Shown piece by piece: positions 1 to 10,839 of a DNA stretch of 64,000 nucleotides. Positions within the stretch are counted from its first letter, which is position 1, and each line of letters opens with the position of its first letter. The stretch comes from Macrostomum lignano (taxonomy: Eukaryota): the NCBI GenBank assembly GCA_002269645.1, contig NIVC01002553.1:98112-162111 (forward strand), written 5' to 3'. The notes under the pieces were generated by a model. It searched no databases. It was not told the origin of the DNA and saw nothing but the letters and a program-made list of their open reading frames with translations. Position numbers and translations under genes: made by a program.

Positions 1-290
1 GTCAGATGTCTGGGGACTGTGAGGATTAGGGAGTCAGATGTCTGGGGACTGTGAGGATTAATTAGGAGTCAGATGTCTGGGGACTGTGAGGAAGTCAGAT
101 GTCTGGGGACAGATGTCTGGGGACTGTGAGGAAGTCAGATGTCTGGGGACAGATGTCTGGGGACTGTGAGGATTAGGGAGTCAGATGTCTGGGGACTGTG
201 AGGATTAGGGAGTCAGATGTCTGGGGACTGTGAGGATTAGGGAGTCAGATGTCTGGGGACTGTGAGGATTAGGGAATCAGATGTCTGGGG
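1..290. repeat. 32-bp minisatellite (GTCAGATGTCTGGGGACTGTGAGGATTAGGGA), runs off the left edge
   Basis: Unit directly repeated about 9 times, with internal deletions. Confidence 0.95.
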
Positions 291-837
291 ACTGTGCGAG
301 AATGTCCAAAGAAATCAGATTTTCATTGAATTGAGAATTTTAAGGCAGTTAAATCCCATTTCAATTTCGCAGAGCCACTTCTTAGTCAACAAAACCAGAA
401 GAAATCCAAGCCAGATCTTGCTCAATTATTATCCAAATTCAATTCTAAATTCACACTATAAGTACGAAGGAACAGTCTCAGTCTCTTGGGATATTGAAAG
501 TTGATCTTATTATTCTGCTGCGTCGGATTTTAAAATCCCAAGAGTGGACTGATTATGCGACAGAGGGGGGGGGAGGCGCACGTGGTTGGAGTCTTGAGAC
601 GATCTCAGCTAGCTGGCAATGGAGATATAGAAAGATCGAGACAGCGGGCCAGACTTTAAGACGCACAAATTCGAACTCCCGCGGGTATTGCCGGGCCCTG
701 CCAGACAGCGGCACTGCTCAGTAGGCCGACTCCAGTTTAATCAATCAGTTAGAGACGGCCGAGTTCACTTCGCTGCGTGCATTTTATTCAATAACTGCAG
801 CTCCCGCGGTCAGAGAGACAGTTATTGGAGGCCGATT

Positions 838-1905
838 CTCAGGGCGGATAATTGGCGATTCTCAGGGTGGATAATTGGCGATTCTCAGGGCGGATAATTG
901 GCGATTCTCAGGGCGGGTAATTGGCGATTCTCAGGGAGGATAATTGGCGATTCTGAGGGTGGATAATTGGCGATTCTCAGGGCGGATAATTGGCGATTCT
1001 GAGGGTGGATAATTGGCGATTCTGAGGGTGGATAATTGGCGATTCTGAGGGTGGATAATTGGCGATTCTGAGGGTGGATAATTGGCGATTCTGAGGGTGG
1101 ATAATTGGCGATTCTGAGGGTGGATAATTAACGATTCTGAGGGTGGATAATTGGCGATTCTGAGGGTGGATAATTGGCGATTCTGAGGGTGGATAATTGG
1201 CGATTCTGAGGGTGGATAATTAACGATTCTCAGGGTGGATAACTGGCGACTCTCAGGGTGGATAACTGGCGATTCTCAGGGTGGATAACTGGCGATTCTC
1301 AGGGTGGATAATTGGCGATTCTGAGGGTGGATAATTAACGATTCTCAGGGTGGATAACTGGCGACTCTCAGGGTGGATAACTGGCGATTCTCAGGGTGGA
1401 TAACTGGCGATTCTCAGGGTGGATAATTGGCGATTCTGAGGTGGATAATTGGCGATTCTGAGGGTGGATAATTAACGATTCTCAGGGCGGATAATTGGCG
1501 ATTCTCAGGGCGGATAATTGGCGATTCTCAGGGCGGATAATTGGCGATTCTTAGGGTGGATAATTGGCGATTCTCAGGGCGGATAACTGGCGATTCTCAG
1601 GGTGGATAATTGGCGATTCCGAGGGTGGATAATTGGCGATTCTGAGGGTGGATAATTGGCGATTCTGAGGGTGGATAATTAACGATTCTCAGGGTGGATA
1701 ACTGGCGATTCTCAGGGTGGATAACTGGCGATTCTCAGGGTCGATAACTGGCGACTCTCAGGGTGGAAAATTGGCGATTCTCAGGGTGGATAATTGGCGA
1801 TTATCAGGGTGGATAAGGGCGAATCTCAGGGTGGATAATTGGCGATTCTCAGGGTGGATAAGGGCGACTCTCAAGTTTACTTTTAGGGCGGATGAGTCCG
1901 AGCGG
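838..1905. repeat. 23-bp minisatellite (GGATAATTGGCGATTCTSAGGGT)
   Basis: More than 40 direct copies visible. Confidence 0.95.
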
Positions 1906-2277
1906 GTGGATAAAATTTCAGTACTGCCTGCATAAACTACTTACAAACAGTAGAATATTTAAGGTTTTTGAAAAAAATTAGGGGCTTACATGTGAGGCAC
2001 ATTTTCGTAAGTCTGTTTCACGTGCAATAGCATTTTTTAAAAATGTTTGAAACGTGCTATCTAGTTATATTGTTATTTTGCGGTCACAGCAGGAAAATTT
2101 AGGAAAATAGCATAAGATAAAAATATTCATAGGCATGAAGAGGCAGTGCGATCTACATATTCAATGTAAAAGCATTAAGTCACATGTGGAGAAAAAATAG
2201 TAAAGCTAATTAAAGTGAGCTGAAATTGGGCGTAGCTTAATTAGCATTTGTCAATACTGGCCAAAATGTAATTATGG

Positions 2278-2555
2278 TTGGCCAGGGTTATGAGTTTGTG
2301 TACACTTTGGGGTGGTGGGTTGGCCAGGGGTATGAGTTTGTGTACACTTTGGGGTGGTGGGTTGGCCAGGGGTATGAGTTTGTGTACACTTAGGGGTGGT
2401 AGGTTGGCCAGGGGTATGAGCTTGCGTACACTTAGGGGTGGTGGGTTGGCCAGGGGTATGAGCTTGCGTACACTTAGGGGTGGTGGGTTGGCCAGGGGTA
2501 TGAGCTTGCGTACACTTAGGGGTGGTGGGTTGGCCAGGGGTATGAGCTTGCGAAC
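2278..2555. repeat. 42-bp minisatellite
   Basis: GGCCAGGGGTATGAGCTTGCGTACACTTAGGGGTGGTGGGTT x about 6.5; produces the spurious 14-aa-periodic ORF. Confidence 0.95.
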
Positions 2556-3309
2556 ATGACCCAGTTAGCTAGTAGATTAATTTAAAACCAGTTTATTGAC
2601 AAAAGCTATGTATACGAAGGCAGATATATCAACGATATCAGTCAGTCAAAGTGTTATTGATATATTGTAAAAAATCTGAAATAAAAGATTAGCAATATTA
2701 AGCCATACTAATGCTTCTGGTAAAAGAAGAAAATACTGGAATGAGATTCAGCACTCCATACTCTATCTATTGTCACGGAATTATTTACAGTATATGATTA
2801 AAACAAAAAAGTGGAGTAAAAATACAAACGCCGACACTACTCACTTTGTCATTGATATGAAAATTAGGTTAAGCAGAAGAGCTTCTCTAGTCGGCATGGT
2901 TATAACACAATAAAGTATATAATGATTAGTCATGTACAGCAGCTGATGTTGAACTACCTACCAGCACAATAAATAAGAGGCACAAGTACGCGGTAGAACA
3001 AGTGAAACTAAAAAAATATAAACAAAAGAGCCTGGTCAAATTCAGACAGGTATCCAGCACGTCAAAAAGTAGATGTAAAACATTCACAGATTCTTGTCTT
3101 GCAAGCTAAAATTGAGCAATCAAGTCGGCCACAGTTACATTGTAAAGTAAACGAAAAAAAAATTTGTTCAGTCATGACAGTAAATACAGGCGGATACGTG
3201 AAACAATGAAAGTCATAAAACTTTATGAGCCATTTCAGCTGCTTATTAGTTACAGTATACATTTTAAAAACTTTATCTGGGGGATTATTAAATGGGTCTT
3301 GGTGACTCT

Positions 3310-3775
3310 ACTAGTACATTGGGGTGGTAAGGCTAGTGAGGTCTACGTTGGGGTGGTGAGGTCTGGGTAAGTGTACATTGGACTATGAAAGGTCTGGATG
3401 AGTGTACATTGGAGTGGTGAGGTCTGGATGAGTGTATATTGGGGTGGTGGGGTCTGGATGAGTGTACATTGGAGTGGTGAGGTCTGGATGAGTGTATATT
3501 GGGGTGGTGGGGTCTGGATGAGTGTACATTGGAGTGGTGAGGTCTGGATGAGTGTACATTAGGGTGGCGAGGTCTGGATGAGTGTACATTGGGGTGGTGC
3601 GGTCTGGATGAGTGTACATTGGGGTGGTGAGGTCTGGATGAGTGTACATTGGGGTGGTGAGGTCTGGATGAGTGTACATTGGGGTGATGAGGTCTGGATG
3701 AGTGTACATTGGGGTGGTGAGGTCTGGATGAGTGTACATTGGGGTGATGAGGTCTGGATGAGTGCACATTGGGGC
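3310..3775. repeat. 30-bp minisatellite
   Basis: GGTCTGGATGAGTGTACATTGGGGTGGTGA x about 15. Confidence 0.95.
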
Positions 3776-3847
3776 TGTGAGACATTCACACAGCTGTGTT
3801 TCAATAACCAATTCAGACTTGCAAATGAAGCACACAGACCGCAGCAC

Positions 3848-4462
3848 TCAAAAGTGAATAGCCATTTTCTCTTCAATATCCAGACCCTCCATAGCCGCAC
3901 GGAACTCCTGGTACGAGATGCGATTATCCTTAACCTGATCCACTTCGGACAGGGCTCTGCTAGCGATGGATTGAATCTGCTCCAATGGCAAATTGTTGCC
4001 AACCAGCATGTGCAGCAGCGAGCTGAGCTCAGTCAGACTCAAGAATTCGTTCTCTTCAATGTCTAACATCCTGTAGACAAACTGCACCTTGGCCTCGCGT
4101 TGAGCTGGCGTGTGCGCCGGCTGGAACACGGCTATGGCTGAGCAGAACTCGGGAAACGACATGGCATCGGAGCCGCGCGGATACAGGGCGCACACGATTC
4201 TGGCGCCAAGCGGATTGAGCGACAGCTCCGGATCCGACATCATCTGGCGTCGGCTGAGCAGTTTACCTTCGCCGCGATGGATACTGGACAGTGATGCCGA
4301 ACTAGCGCCGGTTTCGTTGCCGCGCCGACACAACTGGTTAAATCGGCGATGAAGCCGTTGGACAGTGGAATGGGACAGCCCCGTGTCCGCCGAGATCTTT
4401 GCCGCGTCAACGTCGGCGAGGGCTTCGCGCTGAGACCGGATGTTGGACAGGGCTGAGCCCAT
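3848..4462 (-). CDS. CHP1: Calcineurin B homologous protein (CHP1/tescalcin family EF-hand protein), intronless, about 204 aa
   Basis: Starts MGSALS (N-myristoylation MGxxxS); TGLSHSTVQRLHRRFNQL, LNPLGARIV, KVQFVYRMLD, EF-hand loops and the C-terminal DIEEKMAIHF match CHP. The ORF-track extension to 4552 runs into a repeat. Confidence 0.85.
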   Translation of the reverse strand: MGSALSNIRSQREALADVDAAKISADTGLSHSTVQRLHRRFNQLCRRGNETGASSASLSSIHRGEGKLLSRRQMMSDPELSLNPLGARIVCALYPRGSDAMSFPEFCSAIAVFQPAHTPAQREAKVQFVYRMLDIEENEFLSLTELSSLLHMLVGNNLPLEQIQSIASRALSEVDQVKDNRISYQEFRAAMEGLDIEEKMAIHF

Positions 4463-4519
4463 CTTGACAGCAGCTGCAGTGGGGATGCTGGCGCCACTGT
4501 ACATACGAGAATTGGGGAT

Positions 4520-4900
4520 TCCCCTTAGCCATCCCTGATTCCCCTTAGCCATCCCTGATTCCCCTTAGCCATCCCTGATTTTCCTTAGCACCCCTGATTC
4601 CCCTTAGCGATCCCTGATTCCCCTTAGTAGCCATCACTATTCCTCTTAGCCATCCCTGATTCCCCTTAACCATCTCTGATTCCCCTTAACCATCCCTGAT
4701 TCCCCTTAGCCACCCCTGATTCCCCTTAGCCACACTTGATACCCCTTAGCTATCCCTGATACCCCTTAGCTATCCCTGATACCCCTTAGCCACCCCTGAT
4801 TCCTCTTAGCCATAACTGATTCTTCATAGCACCTCTGATTCACTATGGGTATCATCCTGATTCCTCTTAGCCACTTCTAATTCCTCATAGATCTGTGGTA
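4520..4900. repeat. 20-bp minisatellite (CCCCTTAGCCATCCCTGATT), decaying rightwards
   Basis: About 18 copies with a divergence gradient. Confidence 0.9.
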
Positions 4901-5483
4901 CATCTTGAGTATCTCTAATTCCTTTTGCACTTATGCATCGGTTTACAAATATCTAATTCAAAGCAGTGCAAAGTTGGTACACCAAAGATTACGCGAATAT
5001 GATTATATATATTAAAGTTAAATTTCAGACAGCAAATATACATATTTACGCATAGATAGCGCTATTAACACAAAGTAAGATTTTAGCTGGGTTCATAGCT
5101 GCCAAGTGTAAGATGCAACTAATTTAAGTTTGAAATCATTGCATGGAATAAATACAGAGAAATGCTGCGAAACAGACATAATTTGTTACTCGATAACATT
5201 TAAATTAGCTTTTACTCAAAAAACTAGTTGATTACAGAGCCTACAAAAATGACACGGAATTAATGAATATTTTACGTATAAAAATATAATAGGAGTATAA
5301 TGAGTGACTTCATTTTGTTTATTATATTGTAGTATATAATACATAAGCAGATGATACGATATAGGAAATTTTTGTTTTAGATTAATTATTATTTGTTGTT
5401 TTGTATACAATCGGCGACAAATGGAGAATTAGAAGTACAAGCCGATTCAGAAGGGGGGAAGGATACCGTAGTAGTTGAAAGAT

Positions 5484-6150
5484 GGGAGAGAGGAGAGGAG
5501 AGAGAGAGAGGGGAGGGAAGAAAGGAGAGGGGAGAAAGGAGAGGAGAGAGGTTAGAGAGGGGAGGAGAGAGAGGAGAGAAGGGAGGGGAGAGAGGAGGGA
5601 GGGGAGTGGAGGGGAGAGAGGAGAGGGGAGAGGAGAGAGGGGAGAGGGGAGGGGAGAGAGTAGGGAGGGAGTGGAGGGGAGAGGAGAGAGGGGAGAGGAG
5701 AGAGGGAGAGGGGAGGGGAGAGAGGAGGGAGGGGAGTGGAGGGGAGAGGAGAGAGGGAGAGGGGAGGGGAGAGAGGAGGGAGGGGAGTGGAGGGGAGAGA
5801 GGAGAGGGGAGAGGAGAGAGGGGAGAGGGGAGGGGAGAGAGGAGGGAGGGGAGTGGAGGGGAGAGAGGAGAGGGGAGAGGAGAGAGGGGAGAGGGGAGGG
5901 GAGAGAGGAGGGAGGGGAGTGGAGGGGAGAGAGGAGAGGGGAGAGGAGAGAGGGGAGAGGGGAGGGAGAGAGGAGGGAGGGGAGTGGAGGGGAGAGGAGA
6001 GAGGGGAGAGGAGAGAGGGGAGAGGGGAGGGAGAGAGGAGGGAGGGGAGTGGAGGGGAGAGAGGAGAGGGGAGAGGAGAGAGGGGAGAGGGGAGGGGAGA
6101 GAGGAGGGAAAGGAGGGGAGAGGGGAGAGGAAAGAGTAGAGGGAGGTGAG
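5484..6150. repeat. Polypurine (GA/GGAGA) low-complexity tract
   Basis: Almost exclusively G/A on the + strand. Confidence 0.95.
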
Positions 6151-6313
6151 AAACAATAAAAACAGACAAATAAAAACCGGACAGTCAGTTCAAACAATGC
6201 CATTTTGTTAGAAAAAAAGGCGGTGCAAAGCAAGACAGCCCCAGTATAATGGTCAATAATGCTAACAATAGATACACACCGAGCATGAGCAAGCGACAGT
6301 GCAAATCAGCAAA

Positions 6314-7968
6314 TCAAGCATCGAACAGTGTGTGCAGACTTTCTTCTTCTCGCAGCACAAACGGGAATTCCTGGTTGCGACGCGACGGTCCGCTGCCGCC
6401 CGTCTCCGCCTGCTGCGAGCTGTCGGCACCGACGCCGTCCGGCTGTCCATCGTCGGCCGCGTCTTCGCCGGAATTGGCTGCAGCGGCGGCGGCGGCAGCG
6501 GCCTCGGCAGCCAAATGCTGCTGCTGCTGCTGCCGCTCCTGATCGATGATCTCGTCGATTTGGCCGGACACCGGGACGACTCGCATGCCACCTCCGCCTC
6601 CGGCCGCATCTCCGCCTTCGGCCGCGTCGGCGTCCTCCTGGTTGATCACCAGCACGGTGATTGGCGCAGAGGCCGAACGCAGGTGCACCTGGTATTGCAC
6701 CCGACGACCGCCGTCTGAGTAGTAGGACTCGTGCTCGTCAGGTATTGGCACCTGGCCAAGGAATTGGGAGGGGTAGGATTGTTAACTAGCCCTAACTATC
6801 GCTTCTAGACAGTTCTTAGCTATTTTTAGCAGCACAAAATGATTTCCATCGTATCATTAAATCAGCCCGATACGCAAGCTGATATGACCCCGATCGGTCA
6901 TGTGACACCCCGATCGGTCATGTGACACCCCGATCGGTCATGTGACACCCCGATCGGTCATGTGACACCCCTATCAGACTTGTGACACCCATATCAGCCT
7001 TGTGACACCTATATCAGCCTTGTGACACACAAATCAGCCTTGTGACATCTCTATCAGCCTTATGACACCCTATGAGCCTTGTGACACCCCTATCAAGCAG
7101 GTGAAACCTCTCATCAGCCTTGTTACACCCCATCAGCCTTGTGAGACTCCTATATTAGTACTATAAACAGCCAAATGACTCACACAAACAGCCAAATGAC
7201 CCGCATAAGCAATGTCTCTCCTACCTCCAGCCTAGTCCCATGCGGCGCCTTGATAACAAGCGAAGTCTTGCCCTCAAAAATGGCGCACAAATCCTGATGA
7301 GTCAAATAGACATAGGGCTGATTATCCGGGTCCTCAGTAACATTCACTAGCGACTGTTCAATTTGCTGCTTATAAGCGTCCATCTTACTCTCCAGATGCT
7401 TCAAATGGTTAATCTCATCGGTCAGTTGAGTGAGCTTAGCCTGAATCTCTGGCGAGTTTGTGGCCGGACTGGCTCCCTTCCATTGCACGCAGTTCTTGCT
7501 TCGTTTCTCAATCAAGCCGATACCCTCCAGCACGTTGGTGATGTCGTAGATTCTGCGCTTCTGACCAACTCGAAGATACTCGGCAGCGGCTTTCAAGTCT
7601 AGCACCCCGTCTGGGGCGTCTTTTAATAATTGAACGAATCGTTCGGTTAGTATGCCAAGGCTTTTGTCTTGGCGAGTGGTGAACATGCTGGCAGCTTGAG
7701 AGCCGCCACCAGCGCCGCCGCCGCCGCCTCCTCCTCCACCGGTGCTCCAGTGCTGCTGCTGCTGTTGTTGATGATGATGATGAATAGGCTGCTGAACGTG
7801 ATGCACAGCCGACATGGCGCCTTCAACAGCTCCGCCATGGTAGCCGGGGTTAGCAGCATAGTGAACAGCCGATGACCGACCCAGAGGATTGCCGTCGGCG
7901 CCAATCACGGCAGTTTGATATCCGCCAATTAGTTGGTCAGTAGTATAAGTTAATTGGTGACCGGTCAT
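6314..7968 (-). CDS. E2F4: E2F4/5-like transcription factor, 2 exons (7968-7225, 6751-6314)
   Basis: DNA-binding domain [18 protein letters not shown]...[30 protein letters not shown], coiled coil and marked box. Phase-0 GT-AG intron 7224-6752 joins HGTRLE|VPIPDE...[18 protein letters not shown], matching the E2F4 motif GTSLEVPIPE...YQIHLKS. Confidence 0.92.
6885..7150. repeat. 20-bp minisatellite inside the E2F intron
   Basis: TGTGACACCCCGATCGGTCA grading into TGTGACACCCCTATCAGCCT. Confidence 0.9.
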
Positions 7969-8094
7969 TGCTTGCTGCTGCTTTTAATAATCTAGTGTTT
8001 TTTGGGATGCTTTCACTGCTTTTGTTTCTGAAGCAAACTTATCTGCAGGAAAATTTCAGGATGGGAAATTTCGTGTAGAAAGCAATTAGGGTTG

Positions 8095-8450
8095 AGATGC
8101 GGTTCTCAAGGACGATTCCTAAAAAGTTTGGCAGGAGGGCGGTTCTCAAGGACGATTCCTAAGGAGTTTGAGAGGAGGGCGGTTCTCAAGGACGATTCCT
8201 AAAAAGTTTGGCAGGAGGGCGGTTCTCAAGGACGATTCCTAAAAAGTTTGGCAGGAGGGCGGTTCTCAACAACGATTCCTACAAAGTTTGGCAGGAGGGC
8301 GGTTCTCAAGGACGATTCCTAAAAAGTTTGGCAGGAGGGCGGTTCTCAAGGACGATTTCTAAAAATTTTGGGAGGAGGGCGGTTCTCAAGGACGATTTCT
8401 AAAAAGTTTGGGAGGAGGGCGGTTCTCAAGGGCGATACCTAAAAAGTTTG
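8095..8450. repeat. 40-bp minisatellite
   Basis: GGCAGGAGGGCGGTTCTCAAGGACGATTCCTAAAAAGTTT x about 9. Confidence 0.95.
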
Positions 8451-8826
8451 TACGCTTTTCAAGCTACTAAACTCAATAAAACGGCTGAAAGTCAAAAAGC
8501 TCAATATAAGCAAGAGCTGAAAGTCAGGAAGAAACAATATATCTGTTAAGGTATTTTTTCAGCTTACAAACAACCACCCAATAACTCTTACCCATACGTA
8601 CTATTCTGTTTAGGTTGTTAATATTAACTACAAAATTTGTAGAGCAGACAGTGACCCTTTTTTCACAAATTTTTCCATTTTTTGCACTCATTTGATTTTA
8701 GAGAGCTTTGCCAATAGAAAACAGAAAATGAATATTATTATTGTGTGCTACAATTCTCACCACACCAATTGCCAAGGATCATAGAAAAGAAAAGCAAGGA
8801 ACTCGCACAGACAATAAATAAAACTC

Positions 8827-9312
8827 AAGGACCACTGTAGTATTACAGGAAGTAAAACTAAAAAATCGAGTAGTTCTTAGGAGGCCAATTTTCTGGAAAA
8901 GATACACTGCAGAGATAGGAAAACAGTTTTTTTTCATCACAAAATCAATGAATTGCATTTGATCTGATTCAAAATTTTATTTAATTTTGCATACACAACA
9001 TGCTATTCAGTTGTATTGTATATATTTTTCAAGTGTAAGTTTCATTTTCATATTGTTTTCTATCCATTTCATAAGCCCAAGCCAAAGTTGAAATTACTCA
9101 CAAGTGAAGTTTTTGTTTTTTCATTTTTGAATCAAGTATATTATTACAAATAACAATTTTTTTAATTTGATTCAAAAATTTAAAAACAAAAACTTCACTT
9201 GTGAGTAATTTCAACTTTGGCTTGGGCTTATGGAACAAATAGAAATCAATATGAAAATGAAAATTTCACTACGCAAATAAAGACTTTTCCTGTTATTCTA
9301 CAGTGGTCCTTA
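8827..9312. mobile_element. Fold-back/MITE-like element with terminal and internal inverted repeats
   Basis: AAGGACCACTGTAG-ATTACAGGAA (8827) is inverted at 9286-9312; about 95-bp inverted arms at 9040-9135 and 9167-9262. Confidence 0.65.
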
Positions 9313-9761
9313 TAAAAATAACACGAAAATTCGGAAATGTTATGTTAAACTTCTGTACTGACTGGATTTTTTTAAGGCAAAATCAATTTTTTTGTCTTGG
9401 AAATCAACAGTTGGAAGCGAATCAAGTTGAAGAGGAAAAAATAATTGATTTGATAAGCCACCGAGAAAAGTGAATAAATATAATATGAATACGGACCCGA
9501 CCACCCACAGCGCAGGCAGAATGAGAGGCAAAGCAAGAACAAAGACGACTCAAGTAGGACGGGAGAGTGTTTTCTTAGAAAAACATAACTAAAGGCTGGC
9601 TTTAGGCGTGACATTTTTTACATACAAAATTACATCGTAACTGTTTTATTGGTCCATCGATTTATTACCACTTTGCAGCCAACCAACCAGCCCTTCAAAT
9701 GTTTTCTAAGAAATGAAGTTTCACCGTCCTTGAGCAACAATTAGCAAACTACTTCATATTA

Positions 9762-10091
9762 TTAAATTGTTGGCAAACAGTTCACAAAGAGCGCAGACTG
9801 TCTCACTGACTCAGATGCTGTCAATATCAACTTTGTCGGCAGTGTCCGAATCTTTATCGCCAGACTTCTTGCCAGCTCCGCCAGTTGCTTTGCTGTTCTT
9901 CGGTCCCGGATGCAGATTTGCTTCCTTCTGGTTCTCCGATTGTTCTCGAGTTTCTGCACAGCAATGCGATCGTGCCGGCCGGCGGACTCAGAGTCTTTGT
10001 GCTCAGCTTGGTCCTTTTTGCTGCGGCCTTTGCCGCCTTTGCCGCCAAGCCTGTCTACCTCGTAGTTGTACTCTTCGTATTCGTCAGCCAT
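9762..10091 (-). CDS. NUPR1: NUPR1/p8-like small nuclear protein (possible frameshift near 9940; alternative stop at 9811)
   Basis: MADEYEEYNYEVDRLGGKGGKGRSKKDQAEH...GRHDRIAVQKLEN resembles the p8 motif DEYEHYN...GKQRTKKEA..H..P.GH.RKIV.KL.N. Confidence 0.7.
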   Translation of the reverse strand: MADEYEEYNYEVDRLGGKGGKGRSKKDQAEHKDSESAGRHDRIAVQKLENNRRTRRKQICIRDRRTAKQLAELARSLAIKIRTLPTKLILTASESVRQSALFVNCLPTI

Positions 10092-10284
10092 GATAGCCGC
10101 TTTTTTATATCAGAAGAACCTGCTTGCAACTAGTCTTTGTTTGAATTGAACTGCTGGGCTGCAGCGAAATGAGCATGCAATAACACACTAAGTAAATGCA
10201 AATTGACAACAGGTAGGTCATACCTATGGTCCAGACTGATAAACTAACAGACTGGTACAGACTCACCTACAGTTAATAAACTAA

Positions 10285-10620
10285 CCAATAAAACCAACCC
10301 CACAATGATAAACCAACCCCAAAATGATAAACCAACCCTACAATGAGAAACCAACCCCACAATTATAAACCAACACAACCATTATAAACCAACACAACCA
10401 TTATAAACCAACACAACCACGATAAACCAACACAACCACGATAAACCAACACAACCACGATAAACCAACACAACCACGATAAACCAACATAACCACGATG
10501 AACCAACACAACCACGATAAACCAACACAACCACGATAAACCAACACAACCACGATAAACCAACATAACCACGATGAACCAACACAACCACGATAAACCA
10601 ACACAACCATTATAAACCTA
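10285..10620. repeat. 19-bp minisatellite (AAACCAACACAACCACGAT)
   Basis: About 17 direct copies. Confidence 0.95.
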
Positions 10621-10839
10621 CCCAACCACGTTACGAGCCCTCGCAAAGCAGACATATTAAACCTTTTCTACTAACCTATTATACTTAAAAAAACAATAGG
10701 TATTCTTTTTAGAAAGCATAGCTTCAATAGAAAAATTACAATATTATATTTAGTACAATCACACAATTAATGTACACTGAATAAGTTACAATAAGGCAAG
10801 GCCATTCAAATGCACAGCACACATGACGCCCTGTTATCT

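Noticed and set aside
5382-6233. Leu/Ser/Pro- or Glu/Arg/Gly-rich ORFs
   Set aside because: Low-complexity polypurine tract
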